Shown here: piece by piece, positions 40,358 through 50,230 of the stretch
Layout: each line of letters opens with the position of its first letter
Numbering within the stretch: position 1 is the stretch's first letter
DNA from: Alphaproteobacteria bacterium
GTDB lineage: Bacteria; Pseudomonadota; Alphaproteobacteria; Rs-D84; CACZYB01
Length of the DNA stretch: 64,000 nt
NCBI GenBank assembly: GCA_016297965.1
Contig: JAEDDP010000003.1
Coordinates: 15,789 to 79,788, forward strand
Direction: 5' to 3'
Made by a program: the position numbers and the translations under genes
The notes under the pieces: model-generated
The model's database searches: none
What the model was told of the DNA's origin: nothing
What the model saw: the letters and a program-made list of their open reading frames with translations, nothing else

Positions 40358-41560
40358 ATGAATAAAAAAAGAGTTGCCGTATTTTTTGGTGGAAAGTCAT
40401 TTGAACATGATGTAAGCATTTTGACCGGACTTCAAGTAATGCAGGTTTTGGATATAACAAAGTATGAACCAATACCTGTGTATGTTGATGTTGACGGGAA
40501 ATGGTGGACCGGAAAAGCTTTGCTTGATATGAAAAACTATCCAATAGATGAAAATATCAGGGCAACTCTTCATCATATTGCAATAAGTGTTGGTCGTGGT
40601 GATTTGACACCAAGGTTTGAAATATTAAATCCAAAAATGTTTGGAAAAAAGTTTATTGAATTTGATATTGCATTTTTTGCTTTTCACGGAAGTATGGGTG
40701 AAAACGGACCAATGCAGGGAGTTATGGAGGCATCAAATATTCCATACACCGGTGCCGATGTTTTGTCGTCCGCAATTTATATGAGTAAGACAGACACAAA
40801 GGCAATTTGCCGAAGCATTGGAATAAAGGTTCTTGATGAAATAGTGTTGAAAAAACCGAACATTAACGAATCTTTTGATGTAAAATCCCTTACAAAAGGA
40901 TTGAAAATAAACTTTCCTGTTTGTGTGAAACCGGCAAACCTTGGAAGTTCGGTTGGAGTATCAAAGGCGGTAAATGAGGATGAACTTCAAACATCAATAC
41001 TTCAAGTTTTCAAGCTTGATAATGAAGTGATTATTGAACCTTTTGTTGAAAACCTTAAAGAATACAATGTTGCCGTTATGAAAAATTTGGATGGGGAAAT
41101 AATTACATCCGTAATTGAGTCTCCGGTTGAAAAACACGAATTTTTGGATTTTAAGGACAAATATTTGGCAAGCGATGGTGCAAAAAAGACCGGTCCTGCA
41201 AAGCTTGCCGTTCCAACAGAAGGACTTCTTTCAATGGGACGTGAATATAATCCACAAATAACAGATGAAATGAAACATTTCATTGAAACTTCGGCAAAAA
41301 AGTTATTTGGATATATGGGAGCGACCGGTAATCCAAGAATTGATTTTTTGTGTAATTCAAAAACAAATGAGCTTTGGCTTAATGAAGTAAATCCAATTCC
41401 GGGGGCATTTGCATTTTACCTTTGGGAAAAATCGGAACACAAAATTAACTATGCAAAGCTTGTTGACATAATTATTCAAAATGGATTTAAAAATTTTGAT
41501 GCAAAAAATAAAAACATTGATTTGAAAACTGCATCATCAATAATTTTTAAAAAGAAATAA
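40358..41560 (+). CDS. ddl: D-alanine--D-alanine ligase family (ATP-grasp).
   Basis: VAVFFGGKSFEHDVSILTG N-terminus, ATP-grasp central domain, and a C-terminal NEVNPIPG motif. Confidence 0.7.
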   Translation: MNKKRVAVFFGGKSFEHDVSILTGLQVMQVLDITKYEPIPVYVDVDGKWWTGKALLDMKNYPIDENIRATLHHIAISVGRGDLTPRFEILNPKMFGKKFIEFDIAFFAFHGSMGENGPMQGVMEASNIPYTGADVLSSAIYMSKTDTKAICRSIGIKVLDEIVLKKPNINESFDVKSLTKGLKINFPVCVKPANLGSSVGVSKAVNEDELQTSILQVFKLDNEVIIEPFVENLKEYNVAVMKNLDGEIITSVIESPVEKHEFLDFKDKYLASDGAKKTGPAKLAVPTEGLLSMGREYNPQITDEMKHFIETSAKKLFGYMGATGNPRIDFLCNSKTNELWLNEVNPIPGAFAFYLWEKSEHKINYAKLVDIIIQNGFKNFDAKNKNIDLKTASSIIFKKK

Positions 41561-41564
41561 ATAA

Positions 41565-41590
41565 GGCCCCGTAAATGGGGCTTTTTTTTT
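41565..41590 (+). terminator. Rho-independent terminator after ddl (gcccc-gtaaat-ggggc + T9).
   Basis: GC stem followed by nine T. Also abuts the 3' end of the convergent murF-like gene. Confidence 0.6.
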
Positions 41591-43184
41591 AGATGTTTAT
41601 TTTCGCTTCAAACACATCGGGTAAATCGTTTTCATAAAGGACAACATCATTTGCCCGCATATTAAGATTTAACCATTCCTGCGCCTGTTTCAATGTATCA
41701 ACAAAGATAAGTTCTTGATTGTCCCGTTTACCATTTTTAAATGTATCGGTAAATGATTTTATCCGGTCGGGTACAACGGCAATTACTATATCACAGGTAT
41801 CAAGTGCGATTTCGGCAACTTCCCTGTGTTGTGCATCGTGTTGATTGCCAAGTTCAACCATCCCCGGTGTGATAAGTATTGCACGCCCTTTATTTTCCGC
41901 GGCCAAGGAATGTAATGTTTCAAGTGCCGATTTAAAGCCATCAACATTTGAATTGAAGGCATCATCAATTATGATTGCTCCGTTTAATTGCTTTTTTACC
42001 TCTAATCTGTGTTCGGTTTGTGGCAATGATTTAAGTGTTGCAATAATTGTATCAGGTGAAAGTCCAAGCTTTAATGCCATAATAAAGGCGAGTGATATAT
42101 TTTGTGCCTGATGTTTTCCAAATATAGGTGCTGTTATTTTGTATGTGTTTTTATTGTAATGTAAATTAAAGCTTAATCCATTAACAGATGTTGAAATGTC
42201 GGTTATATCAAAATCGGTACGGTCAGCCCTGTACTTTTTAATATACTTATAATCAACAAGTTTTGAATTTATAACATAAAAACCATTATTTTTTTTAACG
42301 GACTTTATCAAATCAAACTTTTCCTTTGCGATGGCATCCTTTGATTTAAAGTTTTCAAAGTGTGCCGAACCAATTGCCGTAAGGATACCAAATGTTGGTT
42401 CAATAAGGTTGCAAATCTTTCTTATCCGACCGGAACGGGATGTTCCAACCTCAACAATAAAATATTTATATTGTGGTTTAAGTTCTTCACGAATCACTTG
42501 GGTGATACCCATCAATGTATTTATGCTTCGTGCAGTTGTCATTGAAGTTGATACAGATGACAATATGTGATTAAGGATATTTTTTGTGCTGGTTTTTCCA
42601 AATGAACCGGTAATTCCAATTACAACCGGATTTATTTTTTGAAGCTTTGCCCGTGCCTGTGCAATATATCTACGACGAATAAAAAACTCTAATGGCGAAA
42701 GCAACAAATTTGCAATAATAAGTGTAAATGGAAGAAGTTGAATTACAAAAATCAAATATCCCATTATTTCACAAAAACAGTAAATATCCTTTGTATAAAG
42801 TTTATATGTATAATAAAAAAGTGATGAAGACATACAAATATCAATCACAAATGCAATTTGTAAAATTCGTTTTATACGCTTTGTTAAATCAAGCTTTTTT
42901 TTGGCGAAACTTTGTTTTGTTGGATTTGGGGTTATAAGGGCAAAGGTAATAAATGCCAATGAGGTAACGATAACATCCAATGGGTAAATTTTTGTACCGG
43001 TTGCAAATATGGTATATAGGAAAAATATCAATGACAAACGCTTATCAACCAATTGAAACTTATGAAAAATAAAATGAATAAATGATTTTGTTTGATAACG
43101 TTCCTGTTGAAAGAAAAGACTGTAAAACATAGTCCTTTTGTATGCAAAAAACATAAATGAAAGAAATGCACAAATTATATACAT
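41589..43184 (-). CDS. murF: Mur ligase, MurF-like (UDP-MurNAc-tripeptide--D-Ala-D-Ala ligase family), with an unusual ~190-aa N-terminal polytopic membrane region in place of the canonical N-terminal domain.
   Basis: NPVVIGITGSFGKTSTK (P-loop), TEHRLEV, and IIIDDAFNSNVDGFKSAL (the Mur ligase C-terminal DDxYNxN signature). The first ~190 aa contain 4-5 hydrophobic helices and no in-frame stop. Confidence 0.6.
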   Translation of the reverse strand: MYIICAFLSFMFFAYKRTMFYSLFFQQERYQTKSFIHFIFHKFQLVDKRLSLIFFLYTIFATGTKIYPLDVIVTSLAFITFALITPNPTKQSFAKKKLDLTKRIKRILQIAFVIDICMSSSLFYYTYKLYTKDIYCFCEIMGYLIFVIQLLPFTLIIANLLLSPLEFFIRRRYIAQARAKLQKINPVVIGITGSFGKTSTKNILNHILSSVSTSMTTARSINTLMGITQVIREELKPQYKYFIVEVGTSRSGRIRKICNLIEPTFGILTAIGSAHFENFKSKDAIAKEKFDLIKSVKKNNGFYVINSKLVDYKYIKKYRADRTDFDITDISTSVNGLSFNLHYNKNTYKITAPIFGKHQAQNISLAFIMALKLGLSPDTIIATLKSLPQTEHRLEVKKQLNGAIIIDDAFNSNVDGFKSALETLHSLAAENKGRAILITPGMVELGNQHDAQHREVAEIALDTCDIVIAVVPDRIKSFTDTFKNGKRDNQELIFVDTLKQAQEWLNLNMRANDVVLYENDLPDVFEAKINI

Positions 43185-43189
43185 TTTAT

Positions 43190-43957
43190 TTAATCCTTTA
43201 TTGTATTTAAAATAATTGAGGCAACCTGATATTTCCCAGCGGAAAGAATAGAATTATGATCAAATGTTGGAAGAATATATAGGCGCGAATTTTTGATAAG
43301 TCTGTTATACTTTTTTCCAAAATATGCAGGTGTGGTTGTATCACCTTCCCCATAAATAAGTGTTGTTGGAACAGATACAGAGCGTGCAATATGACTTAAA
43401 TCTTCAAGCACAGTTTTTTTCAAAATTTCCCGCATTAGTGGAGTTGCATTTTTATAATCTGCACTGGCAAAACGAGCATAATATTTTCGGTAAAGGCTTG
43501 ATGTCATAACATCCCGACCAATAATTCGGTAAAAGGTACGAAGTCCCCTTGCACCAGTTAAAATAACTTCCCGTAAAAGCCTTTTATGCTTTTTAAGCCC
43601 AGCACCGGCAACAACGAAAATTCCGGAAATAAGCTGTGGGTAATATGCACCAAGGTATACCGCAATTCGTCCACCGAATGAATGACCGACAATATAAACC
43701 CTGTCATCACATGAAAACTTTGCACGAATAAAATCAACAATAATATCGGTATAATTGGAAACGGAAAGAACCTCCGTCGGCATATCACTTTGTCCGAACC
43801 CCGGTAAATCAATCAAATAACAATCGTATTCCCCAAGTTGTTCGGCAATAGGTTTAATATTCAATAAAGAATGCCCCCAACCGTGAAGAAGAACAAATTT
43901 TATATTTGATTGTTTTGTTCCGGCAATAAATTCGTAATGTAAATTTTTATATATCAT
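43190..43957 (-). CDS. Alpha/beta hydrolase fold protein.
   Basis: VLLHGWGHS and nucleophile elbow GHSFGG. Confidence 0.6.
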   Translation of the reverse strand: MIYKNLHYEFIAGTKQSNIKFVLLHGWGHSLLNIKPIAEQLGEYDCYLIDLPGFGQSDMPTEVLSVSNYTDIIVDFIRAKFSCDDRVYIVGHSFGGRIAVYLGAYYPQLISGIFVVAGAGLKKHKRLLREVILTGARGLRTFYRIIGRDVMTSSLYRKYYARFASADYKNATPLMREILKKTVLEDLSHIARSVSVPTTLIYGEGDTTTPAYFGKKYNRLIKNSRLYILPTFDHNSILSAGKYQVASIILNTIKD

Positions 43958-44021
43958 TTTTTACCTTTTATCCTTTGGATTATACATTATATGTAAAAAA
44001 AAGACAAAGGAAATCTTTGTC

Positions 44022-44049
44022 TTGCTTTTTTGTGATTTTTTGGTATTAT
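44022..44049 (+). promoter_or_regulatory. Putative promoter of the SRP RNA (TTGCTT-N16-TATTAT).
   Basis: ttgctt at 44022-44027 and tattat at 44044-44049. The predicted TSS, ~7 nt downstream, coincides with the predicted 5' end of the RNA. Confidence 0.4.
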
Positions 44050-44055
44050 ATGTGG

Positions 44056-44146
44056 TTGAGGGTTGACGGACGGTTCGGATATTCCAACTGGTCAGGTTCG
44101 GAAGAAAGCAGCCAAGAATGTTCGGGGCGGGTCGTCAATTCCTCAA
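44056..44146 (+). ncRNA. ffs: Signal recognition particle RNA (4.5S / small SRP RNA).
   Basis: GGUCAGGUUCGGAAGAAAGCAGCCAAG matches the domain IV consensus (E. coli GGUCAGGUCCGGAAGGAAGCAGCCAAG) at 22 of 24 positions. The terminal helix UUGAGGGUUGACG / CGUCAAUUCCUCAA closes the molecule at ~91 nt. It is GC-richer than the surrounding intergenic DNA. Confidence 0.7.
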
Positions 44147-44166
44147 AAAACAAATTCAATCAAAAA

Positions 44167-44376
44167 TTACTGTAAATCTATATCAATAATTGACATATTG
44201 AAGTCGTATGATGTTTCACCTTCGTCTTCGTCCTTGTAAAGAGTACCAATAAATTCTGTACCCATATAAACCTCAGCCATAGAGCTGTCGGAATTACTTA
44301 ATTTTAGTTTTATGTCTGGATTTTTAAATTTTAATTGAAGGTAGTTTGCAAGCTTTGCAAGTTCTTCATGATTCAT
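44167..44376 (-). CDS. DUF3126 family protein (alphaproteobacterial conserved small protein).
   Basis: MNHEELAKLANYLQLKFKNPDIKLK...AEVYMGTEFIGTLYKDEDEGETSYDFNM fits the DUF3126 pattern. Confidence 0.55.
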   Translation of the reverse strand: MNHEELAKLANYLQLKFKNPDIKLKLSNSDSSMAEVYMGTEFIGTLYKDEDEGETSYDFNMSIIDIDLQ

Positions 44377-44477
44377 AATAGTACTCCTTATCTGTTTATT
44401 ATGTTAAGCATTATAAAGGAATAATATAAAAACACAAATGAAAAAAACAGGCCCCAGAAAATGGAGCCTGAAAACCG

Positions 44478-44975
44478 TTAATTATCATAAACTTCTATTA
44501 ACGCGTTTATTTGTCCCTGATCGTAGTATTTATTGAATTTTGTACCTTGTTTAAATTTTTTTTCCTTTTTACCCTTCTTTTTATCAGTTATTTCCTTTGA
44601 TTTGATACTTCCATCAGCATAATAATTTATTACTGTAAATACATCGTCGGCCTTATTCTTTTTAAAGAAAGTTTTTACATTTTTACCGTCTGGGGTAACA
44701 ATTATTCCGTTCATTTGATCGCCGTTTTCATAGTATGAAACCATATTGTTGCCGGATTTCATAAAGCCGGTTATCTTGTCCCCTTCTAAATCACAATATG
44801 TGAAGTTGCCCTTTTTGGATTTATCGCAAATAACGGCATCTGTTTCATATTCGTATACTGTATACATAGGTGTTGGTTGCTTTGCATTATTTGTTTCTTT
44901 TTGTTTTGTTGATGTTGAAGAATTTGACATACTGCATGCGGAAAGCACACATAGTATTGGTAATAATTTTTTCAT
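44478..44975 (-). CDS. Lipoprotein with MORN-variant-like repeats (hypothetical).
   Basis: MKKLLPILCVLSACS lipobox from M at 44975, with repeated Y-x-NG/DG beta-hairpin-like units. Confidence 0.45.
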   Translation of the reverse strand: MKKLLPILCVLSACSMSNSSTSTKQKETNNAKQPTPMYTVYEYETDAVICDKSKKGNFTYCDLEGDKITGFMKSGNNMVSYYENGDQMNGIIVTPDGKNVKTFFKKNKADDVFTVINYYADGSIKSKEITDKKKGKKEKKFKQGTKFNKYYDQGQINALIEVYDN

Positions 44976-45039
44976 AATAGCCTCCTTTTTGGTTATAGAC
45001 ATATTATCAAGAAAGATTTACCAAATTTCAAATAGTATA

Positions 45040-45067
45040 AATCCCTAGGTTTTGAAGCCTAGGGATT
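45040..45067. repeat. Perfect 10-bp inverted repeat (aatccctagg ... cctagggatt) with an 8-nt loop, between two minus-strand genes; possible terminator or operator.
   Basis: Direct inspection. Lies downstream of the 45102..45449 gene on the minus strand. Confidence 0.4.
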
Positions 45068-45101
45068 AACCTTTGGATTGCCCCCAAAGTTATTTTTTTA
45101 C

Positions 45102-45449
45102 TTACGCTGTTTTTCTTACCTTTTCTGAAATATTAAGTTCACGGTCAAGAAGTATCATTTGTTCACGAGTATCTTCAAAGATAAACAACTTTATCTTGTC
45201 TGCAATATCTTTGTTGCTCATATCACGAGTGTTTTCAGCGAATGATTGTCTTTTGATTTGGAAAGAAGTGTATGCACCAAGAAGGTCGCTTCTGTCCAAT
45301 GATTCAATATTTCCGGCATTTCCCATTTTTATATTTTTTGCGATTGCATCTTTTAGGGAAATTGTTTCGCCAGATTTGTTTACCCAAACTGTTTCTTCAA
45401 GAATTGTATCAATAACGGTCATTAAAACTGTTTTATTTTTGCTCTCCAT
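45102..45449 (-). CDS. Hypothetical protein (115 aa).
   Basis: ORF track; charged, protein-like composition. The overlapping plus-strand ORF 45073..45507 is hydrophobic/low-complexity and judged spurious. Confidence 0.4.
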   Translation of the reverse strand: MESKNKTVLMTVIDTILEETVWVNKSGETISLKDAIAKNIKMGNAGNIESLDRSDLLGAYTSFQIKRQSFAENTRDMSNKDIADKIKLFIFEDTREQMILLDRELNISEKVRKTA

Positions 45450-45686
45450 GTTATTTCTCCTTATATCGTTGTTGTTAATTCATTCCGCTCCACAACATTA
45501 TTTATGAATCATTCCGATTCTATTGTCAAGTAAAAAAATTAAAAAATATCACTTTTATTAAAAATAATTCGTTTTTTACTGTAAAAATTTAATTTTTGGC
45601 ATTTGATACCATATAAAAACATATTTTTGTAATTGACAACCATAAAATACCATAATAATATGGACTCATAATTAAAGGAAAAAAGT

Positions 45687-46139
45687 ATGTCATTATTTTT
45701 GGGAACCATAGAAAATAAAGTTGATGCAAAGGGTCGTGTAAGCGTTCCGGCAGATTTTCGTATGGCAGTAAAAAATGATGATTTTCAAGGTGTTATTCTT
45801 TTTCATTCTTTTACAAATAAATGTATTGAAGGTTGCACAATGTCCCGTATGGAACAAATTTCAGAGGCAACCGACAATCTTGACCTTTTCAGTGAGCAAA
45901 CAGAAAGTTTAAGTTCACTTATATTTTCCGATGCAAGACAGCTTTCCTTTGATGTAACGGGACGAATTGTAATTCCATCCGATTTGTTGGAATTTGCCGG
46001 AATTGATGGAAATGCTTTGTTTGTTGGTCGGGGTAAAACATTCCAGATATGGAATGCCGATGAATTTAAGAAGGTTCAAGAGGAAGTAAGGGCAAATGCC
46101 GTTCGTAATCGCCCTTCTTTGTCATTCAAAAAGGATTAG
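45687..46139 (+). CDS. mraZ: Transcriptional regulator MraZ.
   Basis: MSLFLGTIENKVDAKGRVSVPADFR plus a duplicated MraZ repeat. First gene of the dcw cluster. Confidence 0.85.
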   Translation: MSLFLGTIENKVDAKGRVSVPADFRMAVKNDDFQGVILFHSFTNKCIEGCTMSRMEQISEATDNLDLFSEQTESLSSLIFSDARQLSFDVTGRIVIPSDLLEFAGIDGNALFVGRGKTFQIWNADEFKKVQEEVRANAVRNRPSLSFKKD

Positions 46140-47075
46140 TTGATGGGTGAAAATATTCCACATATTCCGGTTATGCTTTTACCTGTACTTCAAAACCTTA
46201 ATGTTCGTGAAGGTTGTGTTTATGTTGATGGAACGTTTGGAAATGGTGGATATACCGCCGGAATACTTCAAACACCGTGCACAAAAGTAATTGCCTTTGA
46301 CAGGGATGAAACTGTGCTTCCACGGGTTGCCGAATTTAAGGAAAAGTATGGAGACAGGTTCGTTTTTTTTCAGGAACGATTTTCACAAATTTTTCCAACG
46401 CTTAGCAAAAATAATATTGGACCGGTTGATGGATTGGTTTTGGATATTGGGGTGTCGTCTATGCAAATAGATACACCGGAACGTGGCTTTTCATTTCGTT
46501 TTGATGCTCCGCTTTCTATGGCGATGGGGAAAAATGATTTGGATGCAAGGGAAGTAATCAATAATCTGTCAGAGGAAAAACTTTCCGACATTTTTTATAA
46601 GTATGGCGAAGAACCAAGGTCGCGGGCAATTGCACGAAGAATTGTAAGTGCAAGGGGGAATAAGCCAATAATTACCACATTTGAATTGGTGGATATAATT
46701 AAAAATTTTGCCGGTGAATGGCAGGCACAAAAGATAATTCCACGAATTTTTCAATCACTTCGTATTTATGTAAATGACGAGCTTGGCGAACTTGAAACTG
46801 TGCTTGGAGGCAGTGAAAAAATACTTAAATCGTCGGGGCGACTTGTCGTTGTGGATTTTCATTCCCTTGAAGACAGGATTGTCAAAAATTTTATGAAGGA
46901 AAAGACGGGGGCAAAATCTGTATCGTCAAGATATGCACCACCGACAGATGAAAATAAAAATTTAAAATTATCCTTTAAAACAGTTCAAAAAAATGCTATA
47001 CTTCCAACAAGTGATGAAGTTGAACGAAACCCACGGGCAAGATCAGCAAAATTACGTGTTATTGAGAAGTTATAG
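46140..47075 (+). CDS. rsmH: 16S rRNA (cytosine1402-N4)-methyltransferase.
   Basis: YVDGTFGNGGYT SAM-binding motif and DLGVSS. Confidence 0.85.
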   Translation: MMGENIPHIPVMLLPVLQNLNVREGCVYVDGTFGNGGYTAGILQTPCTKVIAFDRDETVLPRVAEFKEKYGDRFVFFQERFSQIFPTLSKNNIGPVDGLVLDIGVSSMQIDTPERGFSFRFDAPLSMAMGKNDLDAREVINNLSEEKLSDIFYKYGEEPRSRAIARRIVSARGNKPIITTFELVDIIKNFAGEWQAQKIIPRIFQSLRIYVNDELGELETVLGGSEKILKSSGRLVVVDFHSLEDRIVKNFMKEKTGAKSVSSRYAPPTDENKNLKLSFKTVQKNAILPTSDEVERNPRARSAKLRVIEKL

Positions 47076-47081
47076 GCAGAA

Positions 47082-47384
47082 ATGATAAAAAAATATAAAC
47101 ATCTTTTTTTTCCGATTTTAGTGGTTGTTGCTGTGCTTTCATCTGGGCTGGGCTTTTTCCTTCAATTTAAAATAAACAAATTTGACAGGGAGATTGCAAA
47201 CCTTCAATCCGAAATAAAAAAAACGGATGTTGAAATAAAGGTTTTGAAAACGGAAATTTCCCATCTTACATCAATTCAACGGGTGCGGGAAATTGCAAAT
47301 CGTTATCTTCCACAATACAAAAACATTACACAAAAAGATTTTATAAACCTTATGGATATTCCGGTTAACCCAGATTTTGAGTAG
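47082..47384 (+). CDS. ftsL: Cell division protein FtsL-like (TM + coiled coil).
   Basis: Single TM segment then a coiled coil. Positioned between rsmH and ftsI. Confidence 0.55.
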   Translation: MIKKYKHLFFPILVVVAVLSSGLGFFLQFKINKFDREIANLQSEIKKTDVEIKVLKTEISHLTSIQRVREIANRYLPQYKNITQKDFINLMDIPVNPDFE

Positions 47385-49071
47385 TTTTATGAAAAAGTTT
47401 TTTGATAAATTTTCCGATAATGAAGGCAATGAATTTTTTGAATTAAATTCATTCCGCGATGATATTCCGGTTGAACTTTTGTTAAAAAATAAAACGAAAA
47501 ATGAAACCGAACGCCGTATTATTATTATAAAAAAGTATCTTCTTCCTTTGTTGTTTATTCTTTTAACCATTACCCTTTTTTGGCGGGTTGATTTTTTCAG
47601 TGGTACAAACAAGGAAAAAACGGAAACCGTAAATAAATTTCATCGCCCAGATATTGTTGATAGGAACGGCGAAACAATTGCAACGAATCTTCCGACGTGG
47701 GATTTATATGTTGAACCATATAATGTTGTTGATGCCGAAAAATCAGCAAAGATGTTGGTTAAAGTTTTGCCATACTTAAAATACAATGACGTATTGCAAA
47801 AGATGAAATCACCACGAAAGTTTTTATACATCGTAAGGGATATAACCCCAGCGGAACAGAAAAAAATAATCCTTATCGGTGAACCGGGATTTGGTTTTGA
47901 ACAAAATGAAGGTCGTGTTCATACTCAGGGAAGTCTTTTCAGTCATATTATTGGCACCGTTGACATTGATAATAATGGTGTAAGTGGTATTGAAAAATAT
48001 ATTGATAGTAAAGGATTATCAAAGTCAACAAAACCAATACAACTTTCCGTTGATTTGTATATCCAAGATGCAATACATCAAAACCTTTCTTTTGCAATGA
48101 AAGAATATGGTGCAAAAAGTGCCGCCGGTATAGTAATGGATGTAAAAACAGGTGAAATTTTGGGTATGGTTTCACTTCCTGATTTCAAAATCAATGAATA
48201 TAAAAATACTGTACTGAATACACTTTATAACAACCACATTACGTACGATGTGTATGAAATGGGATCGGTGATGAAGATTTTTAATACTGCACTTGCCATT
48301 GAAAATAACTATCCGAACGACAAGTTTTTTAATGTATTAAAACCATTTAAAATTGGAAGTCATCCTGTAAAGGATTCCCATCCGAAAAAGGCCCTACTTA
48401 ATATGGCGGAAGGGTTTATTCATTCATCAAATATTGTAATGGCAAATATTGCACAGGATTTGGGAATTGAAAAACAAAAGGAATTTTTTGAAAAAATAAA
48501 AATGTTTAAAAAGGTAAATTTTGAACTTCCGGAACGGGGGGAACCTTTGCTTCCAAAAGTTTGGGATGAATTTACCAGTGCAAGTATAGGTTATGGTTAT
48601 TCCATTTCACCAACTATGCTTCATATAATATCCGCGGTAAATGGAATCATAAATGATGGTATGTATATAGAACCAACCATAATGAAAAAGGATACAAATT
48701 CAGTTTTGAAATCATATCAGGTTGTAAGTCAGAAAACATCAGAAGCGATGCGAAAACTTATGCGATTGGTGGTAACAGATGGTACGGGATATATGGCAAA
48801 GTTAAAAGACATCGCCGTTGGAGGAAAAACCGGAACATCGTATAAAAATAAAAATGGAAAATATGATAAAAATAAAATTCGGACATTTTTTATTTCCATA
48901 TTCCCAGTTGACAGTCCAAAGTACATAATGCTTGTTATGTTGGATGAGGCGGTAACAAAAACCGGATGCAACAGCTCGGCTTGTACGACTGTACCTGTAT
49001 CAACACAAATTATAAAGGAAATAGGTTCAATATTAAACCTTGACCTTACCCTTAAAATTAAAAAAAATTAA
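47377..49071 (+). CDS. ftsI: Peptidoglycan D,D-transpeptidase FtsI (PBP3).
   Basis: SxxK (GSVMK), SxN (HSSN) and KTGT motifs, with an N-terminal TM anchor. Confidence 0.8.
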   Translation: MSSFMKKFFDKFSDNEGNEFFELNSFRDDIPVELLLKNKTKNETERRIIIIKKYLLPLLFILLTITLFWRVDFFSGTNKEKTETVNKFHRPDIVDRNGETIATNLPTWDLYVEPYNVVDAEKSAKMLVKVLPYLKYNDVLQKMKSPRKFLYIVRDITPAEQKKIILIGEPGFGFEQNEGRVHTQGSLFSHIIGTVDIDNNGVSGIEKYIDSKGLSKSTKPIQLSVDLYIQDAIHQNLSFAMKEYGAKSAAGIVMDVKTGEILGMVSLPDFKINEYKNTVLNTLYNNHITYDVYEMGSVMKIFNTALAIENNYPNDKFFNVLKPFKIGSHPVKDSHPKKALLNMAEGFIHSSNIVMANIAQDLGIEKQKEFFEKIKMFKKVNFELPERGEPLLPKVWDEFTSASIGYGYSISPTMLHIISAVNGIINDGMYIEPTIMKKDTNSVLKSYQVVSQKTSEAMRKLMRLVVTDGTGYMAKLKDIAVGGKTGTSYKNKNGKYDKNKIRTFFISIFPVDSPKYIMLVMLDEAVTKTGCNSSACTTVPVSTQIIKEIGSILNLDLTLKIKKN

Positions 49072-49142
49072 AAAGTACTTAATTATAAAATATATTTGTG
49101 CTATAATATGTGTGATATTTATATAAATGAGGACTTTATAAA

Positions 49143-50216
49143 ATGTTTTACAGTTTAACTTCTAATTTGGATGGATTTTTTAATCTTTTTAGATATATCA
49201 CATTTAGGACCGGTGGGGCATTGCTTACATCACTTTTTATCTATCTTATTTTTGGTGGGAAATTTATTCATTTTGTTAAAAATAAATTCGCACAACCGAT
49301 AAGAAAGGAAGGTCCACAATCTCACCTTAAAAAACAGGGAACACCAACAATGGGTGGTGTATTGATGCTTATATCCATATTTGTTTCGGCAATGCTTTGG
49401 TGCAACCTTAATAATGGGTATGTGTGGATTGTATTGTTTACAATGTTTTCATTCGGACTTATTGGCTTTATTGATGATTATTTTAAGGTGGTTCATGGTA
49501 ATGCATACAGGGGACTTTCCGCAAAGTTAAGATTGCTTTTGCAATTTATAATAAGCGGACTTGTTTGTTATGGTATATACAAACTTATGCCAAATGAATT
49601 TAAGACAACTATCACTATGCCATTTTTGAAAAACATACTTTGGGATTTAGGAATAATTTATTTCGTGTTTGTGGCATTTGTAATTGTTGGAACCGCAAAT
49701 TCGGTAAATTTAACGGATGGTATTGATGGTCTTGCAAGTATGACAAGCATAACTTCGTTTATCGTTTTCTTGCTTGTTTCATATTTGATTGGACGTGCGG
49801 ATTATTCGCTTTATTTGTATCTTCCATACGTTCCAGGTGCCGGTGAAGTAACCGTGCTTATCGGTTCAATTATTGGTGCGATTTTGGGCTTTTTATGGTT
49901 TAATGCATATCCGGCAAAAATATTTATGGGAGATGTTGGTTCACTTGCCATTGGTGCCGGTTTGGGTGTAGTTAGTGTTATAACAAAAAATGAATTTTTA
50001 CTTCTTATTTGTGGGGCAATTTTTGTTGCCGAAGCTCTTTCGGTTATGATACAAATTGCATCGTTTAAAATAAGGGGAAAAAGATTTTTCAGGATGGCTC
50101 CGATACACCATCATTTTGAATTGGGTGGATGGAGCGAGCAAACCGTGGTAATGAGATTTTGGATTATATCTGTAATCCTTGCTTTGGTTGCCCTATCATC
50201 TCTTAAAATCAGATAG
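49143..50216 (+). CDS. mraY: Phospho-N-acetylmuramoyl-pentapeptide transferase.
   Basis: Polytopic protein with conserved NSVNLTDGIDGLA and MGDVGS motifs. Confidence 0.9.
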   Translation: MFYSLTSNLDGFFNLFRYITFRTGGALLTSLFIYLIFGGKFIHFVKNKFAQPIRKEGPQSHLKKQGTPTMGGVLMLISIFVSAMLWCNLNNGYVWIVLFTMFSFGLIGFIDDYFKVVHGNAYRGLSAKLRLLLQFIISGLVCYGIYKLMPNEFKTTITMPFLKNILWDLGIIYFVFVAFVIVGTANSVNLTDGIDGLASMTSITSFIVFLLVSYLIGRADYSLYLYLPYVPGAGEVTVLIGSIIGAILGFLWFNAYPAKIFMGDVGSLAIGAGLGVVSVITKNEFLLLICGAIFVAEALSVMIQIASFKIRGKRFFRMAPIHHHFELGGWSEQTVVMRFWIISVILALVALSSLKIR

Positions 50217-50230
50217 TAAAAGGAATAAAA

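Noticed and set aside
43975-44175. 66-aa plus-strand ORF in the intergenic region
   Set aside because: It overlaps the sequence identified as SRP RNA (conserved domain IV motif, closing helix, own promoter). The RNA gene explains the conservation better.
45073-45507. 144-aa plus-strand ORF
   Set aside because: Hydrophobic, low-complexity product, antisense to the more protein-like 115-aa minus ORF 45102..45449.
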